DNA from: a virus
Lineage: Duplodnaviria > Caudoviricetes
Strand: one strand, 5' to 3'
Virus record (IMG/VR): IMGVR_UViG_3300021599_001088
Span: 1-24,222 of that record
DNA length: 24,222 nucleotides
Shown: piece after piece, positions 9,801 to 17,900 of the stretch
How the letters are laid out: each line of letters starts with the position of its first letter
Position numbering within the stretch: position 1 is the stretch's first letter
Position numbers and translations under genes: made by a program
The notes under the pieces: generated by a model
What the model was told of the DNA's origin: nothing
Seen by the model: the letters and a program-made list of their open reading frames with translations, nothing else
Databases searched by the model: none

Positions 9801-11938
9801 TCTGCTTTGGCTTTGTCTTCAATTTTCTTTTTTTCGTCAATTACTTCTTTTGAAGTTGTGCTGTATGTTGATAACTTGGCAAGAATGTCTTTCCACTTAT
9901 TGTCTATTGCTGTAGTAGAAGCAAGCAGTGCTCCAAGTTCCTTATCAAAATCTTTTGCTGCAAGAGCGTCGGCATCTATCTTTGACTTTATTGCATCCCA
10001 CTCTTTCTGTGTTTTACCTAATTCTGTTTGTTCTGCTACAAGTTTGTCTATTGTTGTTTGAATCACAGAATTTCTATAAGTTAGTTTTGAAATTGTCTCT
10101 TCTAGTGGATTAAGGTTCTCAACTTGAATTTTATTTATTTTGTCTTCTTGAACTCTAATTGCATCAAGTGCTTTTTCACGCTCTTCTTCTTTGTTATAAA
10201 TGTCATCTTGCTTGTCTCGAATTTGTTTTAATATTGCAATTCTTGCTGGATCGTTTTCCATTGCATAAATTCTTTGTGAATTCTCAAACTGCTTCTTGTT
10301 TATCTGCTCTTGAGTTAAACCACCTGGTCTAGCAGTTAAAGAACTAAGTTCATTTTCTCTTGCCTGCTGTAAAGCCTTACTTTGAGCATCGGCAAACCTT
10401 GCAGCGTTTCCTGCTCTTATTTCTTGTACAGCACGGGCTGCTGCAGATATATCTCCAGATGTTATTGCATCTGCTAAATCAAGTTGTTGCTTTTGTTGAT
10501 CTAAAATATTTTGATTGATCTCAGAAACTTTTTCAAGGGCATCGGCTTGTTCGTCATATCTTTTATTAACTTCATCAGCAGCATTTGAGATAAGCGTTAA
10601 ATCATTAGACAAAGCACTATTTTCATCTTGAATACTTTGTATAGCACGATCACCAAATAGTGGATTCATCTCTAATTCACGGTTTAGATCATTAACCTGT
10701 TCACTTAAATCTTCAATTGGTCTTGTGTATTTTTCTTCAATTGCTCTTTGATCTTTTGTAATTGCACGATTGATCTCCTCAATCTTTTCTCTAAATGGTA
10801 TTGCAGATGCTTCTGCATCTCGAATTGCTATCTCATTCTTGTTCATTTCGTCAACTATAGAAGTTGTTCTTTCATCTACACCAGTTCTTAAAAGTCTTTC
10901 TTTAACAGCAAATATTTCATCTAAAGCGTCAAATCCTGGCTGAGCAGATTCTGAATATTCTCCAGCGTTAAAGTTAGATTGAATATCAATTATCTTGCGC
11001 TCTTCAATTGAGTTTAGATAGTCTGCAATATCCTTAGAGAGTAACTTGCCAGCCTTTAAATCATCTATCATAAACTTTGCAAGTTCTGGATCACCAAGAA
11101 CTGCATCAATTTGATCAGTACTGTAGCCTAGCCCCTTCATTTGAGAAACAAGTTTTGGCATTTCCTTGTATATCTTAAAGTCTTCATTTTCACGAATTGC
11201 TTTATTCAAAACTGCTTGACGTTCAAGTGCTGTGTTAGAAGTCTTTATGTTACTAATATATTTATTCCAGTTAGGGTCAGATTTTGAAATTGCCCCCGCA
11301 GCAATGGCTGCTGCTTGGCTTTGGTCTGAAACAACCTCTAAGGCTTGGCCTGCTGAAAGACCACTGCTAATTAAGATATTGTAAGCCTTGGTTTGGTCTT
11401 GTATGTTTTTTATTGTTTCTTCATTGATAAGATTAAAATTACCAAGGTCTCTTTGCATATACCCTTGGTCAACGGCCTCGCCAGTCTCAGTTAGCCCAGT
11501 TATTGTATCTTTTGACCTTGGCTTGCCCTTTGCAAAGGTAAATAGTGCTTTCTTACCTTCTAGTTTTGCAATCTTGTCAAAGTCTTCTGCAGACATTGAA
11601 GATACAGCGTCTCTAAGTCCTTTACCTGCACCAAATCTTAAAAGTCTATTTTGTATGCCATCAAATAAATTAAAAGCATCCTTCTGTGTTTTTTTATTTG
11701 TAAATGCTGCAAGAAGTGACTCTACAGGTTTAAGTGCATTAAATGCATTATCTTTTACCTGCTTTAGATCCATTGCTAATGGCTTTAGGAAATCAAGTGG
11801 ATCTGTCTTTGTTCCGTTACCAGTTGAATTTCCGTTACCAAGACCTAATGCTTTTAGTTTTGCTGCATTTTTAGGGTCTGCTGCCCAGATTGCAGCCTTT
11901 TCATTTATTTGCGGCAAGCCAAGTGCTGGCAAACCCAT
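6851..11938 (-). CDS. Tape measure protein, C-terminal part (coiled coil plus ART-like, OmpA-like and metallopeptidase cassettes); probably continuous with 11905-18507 via a frame change
   Basis: Long coiled-coil region, two GTDTVPAMLTPGE motifs and a TMP-type C-terminus (NYNLNLNVKSDANPDEIARAVM). The frame is open upstream to 12040 and there is no SD before ATG 11938. Confidence 0.8.
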   Translation of the reverse strand: MGLPALGLPQINEKAAIWAADPKNAAKLKALGLGNGNSTGNGTKTDPLDFLKPLAMDLKQVKDNAFNALKPVESLLAAFTNKKTQKDAFNLFDGIQNRLLRFGAGKGLRDAVSSMSAEDFDKIAKLEGKKALFTFAKGKPRSKDTITGLTETGEAVDQGYMQRDLGNFNLINEETIKNIQDQTKAYNILISSGLSAGQALEVVSDQSQAAAIAAGAISKSDPNWNKYISNIKTSNTALERQAVLNKAIRENEDFKIYKEMPKLVSQMKGLGYSTDQIDAVLGDPELAKFMIDDLKAGKLLSKDIADYLNSIEERKIIDIQSNFNAGEYSESAQPGFDALDEIFAVKERLLRTGVDERTTSIVDEMNKNEIAIRDAEASAIPFREKIEEINRAITKDQRAIEEKYTRPIEDLSEQVNDLNRELEMNPLFGDRAIQSIQDENSALSNDLTLISNAADEVNKRYDEQADALEKVSEINQNILDQQKQQLDLADAITSGDISAAARAVQEIRAGNAARFADAQSKALQQARENELSSLTARPGGLTQEQINKKQFENSQRIYAMENDPARIAILKQIRDKQDDIYNKEEEREKALDAIRVQEDKINKIQVENLNPLEETISKLTYRNSVIQTTIDKLVAEQTELGKTQKEWDAIKSKIDADALAAKDFDKELGALLASTTAIDNKWKDILAKLSTYSTTSKEVIDEKKKIEDKAKADKAEAARLAAEAAEAAMLAAEAARVAAALRKAKPGQAVATFASGGFVPSVFESGGYAKGTDTVPAMLTPGEYVLRKDAVKRYGVKNLDAMNVGMYSDGGEVSKFGSRPKYGTKPETKDNWFTSYIQRLTKSQEDAGKMIPSFMRMNGKADALGAGSVLRQLTGQGQAGDKFAAALFPLNFLGIGKIGKEGIQAGSPIIKKSSGILSKIFANISEARNWVHYAHKSPDELLPSIGRPTDAMHQYGPGTYGSTTGTFMGDTFGTEAHKLSLSPLAWIKTALGKGAIDDAQLAVEAAKAGIDPLATITDDFARLLQAKGYSGYKTDDIVTNWNVGSPGFGLKNSQGKIPFGKVAPSAPVPKPGKFDPTLIMAQGGLVPNYFANGGEVPGPPTTGRFLESPYDTAKREYQEQNKKTIKISIPPIRANFNTNSFKLNKKQKQELDSLAKEIAKHKLKSLVVQGHADSRGGVDNDLLSLNRAKATAQYLSKLVPETAFVPVGHGVYKPLVPNTSPENMAQNRRAEVFLPDTYKTTYPEYKPENHRYEIIGGGSILPTDGALSGGTMLSNKGTLTGGTMDPTGSMSSGIDFGKLFSKLGSLFGKDDREVKNLRGGSGNVLLKSKGGLIPSYFAAGGKVDKSKIGRLFSSILNPIGLVGKGMGLGLNILNRIDSYRKNKDLNKWVETSGDGTKWMEKKTLNPNAETIYVYDMANRFNSKDRSPIVNQGLQYLTGQTGVQFKRATFGMRNDPDVIKINWADSKRLAEQGVAGDAVAGSREINLTSPRGLNLGTQNRAGGARVVAHEILHSLNIGEYDAPYGIRQNTTAFFGHAKNPFNIMFPIGGMTPAFISKSDTEQLRNLVGYYNYETKPISKESIPKSSLAPLPLDIGIDKKTGRLIPKHFAAGGYAMGTDTVPAMLTPGEFVMSKYAVQSYGTDTMKAINSGSSVGDSVYNYNLNLNVKSDANPDEIARAVMVQIKSVDAQRIRGTRI
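7106..7947. repeat. 32-bp direct repeat pair (7106-7137 and 7916-7947) flanking the peptidase cassette
   Basis: tccaccagcagcaaagtgctttggaattagtc vs tccaccagcagcaaagtaacttggaattagtc: 29/32 identical, 810 bp (270 codons) apart. They encode LIPKHFAAGG and LIPSYFAAGG. Confidence 0.9.
7236..7712 (-). other. Zinc metallopeptidase domain (metzincin/matrixin-like) within the TMP
   Basis: VVAHEILHSL (HExxH at 7403-7417), candidate third His in FFGHAK (7334-7336) and Met-turn-like NIMFP (7304-7318). Boundaries approximate. Confidence 0.8.
8234..8545 (-). other. OmpA/MotB C-terminal-like peptidoglycan-binding domain within the TMP
   Basis: Signature motifs in correct order: NFNTNSFKL, VVQGHADSRG, NDLLSLNRA, GHGVYKP, NRRAEV. 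Confidence 0.9.
8812..9155 (-). other. ADP-ribosyltransferase-like domain within the TMP
   Basis: HYAHKS..., YGPGTYGST..., LLQAKGYSG..DDIV resemble the H / G-x-G-x-Y / GYDG pattern of phage ART-fold domains. Divergent; boundaries approximate. Confidence 0.55.
9718..9800 (-). repeat. Low-complexity Ala/Glu helical linker (AEAARLAAEAAEAAMLAAEAARVAAA)
   Basis: Imperfect tandem gcttctgctgcaag units in the DNA, between the coiled coil and the cassette array. Confidence 0.7.
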
Positions 11939-14900
11939 GCGAGATGCATTAACTGCAGATCTTTCTGCGTCGGTTCCAGCAGCCTGTAAATAAGCATCAA
12001 GAACACTGAAATTCTTTGAACCTTTGACATACTGTTTGTATTAACATCCAAGTTAATGCCATAAGTTTCTTGTATTTTAGACAATATGTCAACTGCTGAT
12101 GTTATCTCTTCATTAGTATACTTATCTCCTTGATTATTTAATAAGTCAATAACAATAACTTTTGATTCAGTACTTAAGCCAGCCTTTGATAGTAGTTGCG
12201 AAATAACTGCTGCTTCAGCAGTATTACCACCCAAAGTAGTTTCAACTAAAAGAGTCCAGGATGATTGATAATTTGGATTGTTAAGTAATTCAATCAATGT
12301 CATTGGGTCAAGGTTTCCACTTGCAAAATCTAATTGCATCTGTGTTTTGAATGTGCTATTGCTAAGCGATTCTAGTTGGTCAAGTGCTACATTTTTTAAT
12401 TCTGCTAAAGGTCCCTTTTTGTATAGTTCGTTTGCTGCACCTCTAATAGCAGCGTTGAAAGCAGTATCTCCAATTGCATCCTTAGATGCTAGGATAGTCT
12501 TTAGTTGGTCCTGATTTTGTTTGTTTAAGGCATCTAGGGCATCCTTGCGTTCTCCTTCAATTCCTTGAATTTCTTTTTCAGTTTTTGCAGTCTTTAGTTT
12601 AATATCATATTGTTTATTTATTGAGTCTATTAGTTGCTGATTATTTTGCAACTCTTGAATCATTAATTGTGCGCCTGCAGTTCTAATTTTATTTGTTTGT
12701 GCATTAGCATCTCTAATTTGGAAGAATGCTGATGTTAATCCAAAAGAAACAATTGATAGGGTCTTGTCTAAACCACTCTTTTTTGGATCAAAGAAGTCTT
12801 GATAAATATATGGGTTTACGTTTGCTAAACCTGCTTGAACTATTCCCTTTTTCCCCGATAAAGCATTATTTGCATTTTCAAAAGTTCCTCCTTTGCCAGT
12901 AAAAGATTTTGTAAAATCTTGCTTTGCTGCAAAATCAATCATCTTTTTAGAAGTTTGGAATGTTTTTTTATCAATATCTAAAGCAACCTTGATTGGATCT
13001 TTTTCAATATTTTCTCCATTAGGTCCTGTTATTCGAATAATTTCTCCAACTACACTTGCAGATAGAGGGTAATCTTTTAACTCATTACCTAAAGCCATCG
13101 CCAGGCTTCTTGCTTGTTCTGAAGTTATGACACCACTAAGCATTGCACTGGATAGTTGAACTCCAATATTTTGACCAACTTCTTTACTTGACATTCCTGC
13201 TTTTGCTTGTGTATCTACATCTGCAAGTAATGATTTCCCAAACTCGGAATCTAATATTGTTTGTCCAACCTTGCGCTGTTTTTCTGTTGCTCCAGAAAGC
13301 CTATCCTGCCTCTTTTTATCTGCTGCTTCACTTGCGGAAACTGTTTTAGTAATTTGAGACAATTCAATTAATTTTTTATTAGTCATAGACATTGAGTTAG
13401 CCAGAGCAATACCTTCTTCTCTAGCCTTCTTCATAGCAGCATTAAAGGCATAAACTGCTCCTGCAACTGCAAGAAGTCCTGCAACAATTGCTCCTTTTGG
13501 ATCGGTAAGCATTGGAGCAAGACCTGCTACTGCAGATGCACCCATTAATGTCATACCACCTGTTTGATTGCCAGACATCATCATGGCTGATCCAGCCATT
13601 CCAAGACCCATTGCTAAGCCACCTGACACACCACCTATTTTTTGTTGACGAGCCATTCTTTTTTGTTGTTGTTCAGCCTTACGTGCTTGTCTTGCTGTTT
13701 GAGGAGGATTTTTCTTAGCCTCATTAAGAGCCATTCTTTCTTGGTGAACTCTTGCTTTTGTAATTTCAGCCTCAGTTCTTTGCATTCTTATTTTTTCAAT
13801 TGCTCTTTGAATCTGAGTTTCAGTTAATCTATTGTCTTTTCTTAATAAATTTGCTTTCTGAATAAGCCCAGCATTAATCCTTCTTTGTGCTGCCTTACTT
13901 AATCCATCTGATGATGGACCTCTTCTTGTTGATTGTAAATCTAATGTTGGATCTCCCTTGTCTCTTGCAGGAAGTACCACAACTCCTCTGCCTCCAGCAA
14001 TTCTTCCTGCTTGAGACTTTGTAACTACCGACCTTCCCTGACCCTCTTTTACAACTCTATTATCTGATGGCTTGCCATTATCTGGTTTTACTTTTCTCCC
14101 AGCCCTTTTGCTATTTTTTTGTGTTATTTCTTCTAAAACTTGCTTAGGTCTATCATATATATACTCTCCGAGTTTTGCTAAAACAAGACCCTTAAGATTT
14201 CCTGCTCCAAAGTTATATCTAGTTGCAGACTCGTAGAAACCTCTTCCTGCTTTATCAGCAAGTAATGAGCGCATGGCAATTAATTTTTCTCTACTATATC
14301 CTGTCTTTTTGTCACTTGGAACTGTTGGGTTATCCAGTGCTAGTAAGTCTGCTTCTGCTGCTAATGCAACAAGAGATGCTTCATGAGCAGTTGATGGATG
14401 TTGACGTTTTCTCATAAAAGAAGCAGCCTCGTAATATTTATCAATTCCGTCTTTTGGAATTACAGAGTATCCATTATCCTTATTCCATTGTAATAGGCTT
14501 GAAAGACGTTTTTCAGAGTTCATATACCTATTGACTATTAATGAATCAAAAAATCCAGTTCCTCTTAACCATTTTTCAGGTCCTCTTCCTGGTGCTCCAG
14601 TTTTTGCTCTGTGAGATAGTTCTGCTTTTAGTTCTATTCTTGCCTCTTCTGCTGATAATCCAGCATCAGTCATCATCTTTAAATATCTTTCATCAGTGTA
14701 TTCAGTATTGTAAGCCTTTTCTGCAGCCCTTAAAGGTTTTCTAAATTCTTTTTTAGCATTGCCCTTCCAACTACCAGACTCTTTTCCACCTACTCTTAGA
14801 TCTGTTAAAAAGTCGGATGGATTAGCAAACTTTCCCGTAAACTTGTTACTAGCAACAAATCTTCCATTCTTTTTAATAGTACCCATTCTATATAAAAGTT

Positions 14901-17900
14901 TATTAAGAACTTCTTCTTTTGTTCTTGCAAGTCTAGGTGCTTCAACATCTGGATTTGATAAAAATCTTTCCATGTCAACATCAGCAATATATCTGGTTAC
15001 TCCGTCAATCGTTACTGGAGTCATGCTTTGAATGTGATTTAAGAAAGTTGATTGTCTTGGTGAAGTAAACCCTTGGTTTCTCATTGATGGAGGAATCTCA
15101 GCACTGCCACCTTGCCATGCTGCTTTTACGACTGACGCTCTTTGTGGATCACTCAATTCTAAATCTACAAGTCTTGATGCAAACTGATTTTTAGCATCAA
15201 GTTTTAATTCATCTATGATTGACTGTTGTTGTGTGCCTGATCCTGTAATATATCTGCCAACTTGTTCTCTTATTTCAGGGCTAAGCGCTGCTGGATCAAT
15301 TCCTACTATTGCTTTTTTAATACCTTCTCCAGCACGAGCATGAATTGGTTGAAGTTTGTCCCAGTGTGTTCTTTTTCCAGCCTCAAGTCTTTCAAGCATG
15401 TTGTTATATACAACTAGTTCTTCTGGGTCTAGATCCCCCTCCCAAGATTTAATAAGACTTTTTAGTCTAGGAATAGACTTAGAGATTTCTGTTTTTATTG
15501 CTGTGTCATATTGTGCTGGAGTCATGCTTGCTGCAAGAGATGATGTTTCTTGTGCAAAGAACTTCTTTGCTCCACCCTTTACTCCAAGAAGGTTAACAAC
15601 TGCTTGCTCTTCCATGCTTGGCATTGTCTTAGCAAAATCCCTAAAGCCAGATGCTCTATCAAATACTCCAGCAGTTCCAACATCTGCCAATACATTTCCA
15701 GATAGGTTTGCCTGTTGTAAGTCTCTGTCTCCTCTTAGTGTTGACGCAACTAATTGCTTAATCATGTCAGATCTAGAGAACTTGCCATCCATTGCCGCAA
15801 TTCTTGGATCATACGGAGACTCAACAACAACAAACTTTCTTTGTCCTGAAGGATCTGTTGGATCAATCATTGTTCTAATGCTTTGTTTTGGCGCAATTAA
15901 TCCATGAACTTCTCTAGCAATCTCAGTAGCACGAACTTCTGCTAAAGCAGTTCTTTCATCCATTGTTGGTTTTACTACTACGATTTCTCCATTGGGCTTT
16001 CTATATATTCCGCCGACTCCTCGCACAGGGAAACTTCTTCCAGAAAATGGTTGTAATAATGTTCCAAAGTCTGAAGGAGGCAAAGTTCCAAACCTTCCAA
16101 GACTTGCTTGCTGCGCTATTTTTTCTACTATCTGTCTTGACTGAGATGCTTGTTCAGCAGACTTTGGCATTCCAACAAACTGAGGACCAGACTGTTTTTC
16201 TGGATGTGTGCCAGGGTAAGTAGAACGCTTTATCCTTTGCATTATCAAGTCATTGGTGGAATACTTAGCAGGACCAGCAGGAATTCTGCCAGCCATAAAT
16301 CCTGGAACCTTATCATTAAATATTGCACTAATCAAACCTTTATATTTTTCAGTAGTCTTTGCTGGAATAACTGCTTCACCTGGAGCAAGCATTGCAGGTT
16401 GAATATCTCCTGCACCCTTTGGACCTGGTACAGTTAAAATTCCATCTTTATACCTTCTAACTGGAGGTAGCCCTCGTACTGCTGATGTTGCTCCTGGTGC
16501 TCCCCCAGCAAATAGTGCAGGGTTTTGAGATGCCATTGCTCGCATTTGTGTACTAAGAAAATTATAAGATGAAGCAAGTGCATTAACAGATGCTTTTTCA
16601 ACGTTAAATACTTCTATTAATCTTGTGTGAGTTTGATGCAAAGATTGTGATGAAGCAGCATTTTCTATCTGCTCTTGTGTCATATAGTTAAACCCTGCAC
16701 CCAAAACATTTGTCTGTCCGTTTAGTCTTGCTATTCCTCCACGAAGAAGTGCAAAGAATTTAATAGCATTTGCAACACCATTTGCAAGTAAACCAAAGGT
16801 CATCAAAAGAACTGGACCAAGGCCTGCAACTACTCCAACAATAACTGCAATAACCTTTTTAGTCTGATCACTTAGTCCATTAAACTTTTCAAATAGTGAT
16901 CCAAAAAATTTAACAACTGGAGTTAGCGCTTCTAAGAATATTTTTCCTAGTGGCATAATCTCTTGCTTAAATTGTTCTACCGCTGCCTGGAATTTTACAC
17001 CTACGGAATCTTCAATTTTTTTCATTTCTCGCTCAGAGAGAATTGCTAATTCTTCTATTGATGCTCCTGCTAAACCAAGTGCTCTAGATGCCTGAGTACC
17101 ATCTTTTGTAACATTTTGGAATAATGTTGATAGACGTGCAAACTGGAATTTACCAAACATCTGCTCAATTGCACGTGCACGGTTAAGTGGATCCAATTTA
17201 TCAAGTGCTTGTGCAAAACCAACAACAGTTGCTTTGATATCTCCACTGTTTTGATCAACAATTGACTTAATGTTAATGCCCAAGTTTCCAAGAAACTTTG
17301 CTGCCTTATCAGATGGATTAATTAAAGATGCGAGACCAGACTTTAGTGCGTTAGCGCCTTCTGATGCATTGATTCCGCCTTCTTTCATTGCAGTCATAAA
17401 GAATGCAAGATCTTCTACAGATCCACCAAGTTGTTTAATTACTGGCGCTGCTTTTGGAATAGCAACTGTTAAATCTTCAATCGATAAAAGTGTCTGGTTT
17501 TCTACTGCGTTAAGAAAATCAATTTTCTTTGCAAGTTCTTCACTTGAAAGACCAAAAGCACTCTGTAAAGAAATAGTTGTTTCAAGTGCTTGCTGTTGTT
17601 CAACTTGACCAAGAACTGATAACTTTGTTGCTGTTTCAACTTGAGCATTTAATGCTGCTCCTGTAAAACCTGCTGCAGCAGCAGTTGCTGCCATTTCAAC
17701 AGTCTTTGTTACAGAAACGCCATACTTTGTATATTCGCTTGCTAATCTTCTAATATTATTAACTGCTGCATCTGTTTCTGAATCATTAGTAAATGCGTCT
17801 CCATAAACACGCTTAAACTTTACGATCTCTGCTTCAAGTTCTCTGAATGTCTTTGCAGCCATACCACCAAATAATGCAAGTGGCATTGTAAGACCAACCA

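Noticed and set aside
11905-11907. Stop-codon readthrough or alternative genetic code joining the two tape measure ORFs
   Set aside because: The stop is TAA and the downstream ORF is in a different frame; the other genes read normally in the standard code.
11388-11993. 201-aa plus-strand ORF spanning the tape measure frame junction
   Set aside because: Antisense shadow of the coding frame (Ser/Phe/Leu-rich), with no RBS or recognisable motif.
15356-15907. 183-aa plus-strand ORF opposite the kinase domain, and other short plus-strand or nested ORFs
   Set aside because: All overlap well-supported minus-strand genes and have shadow-like composition.
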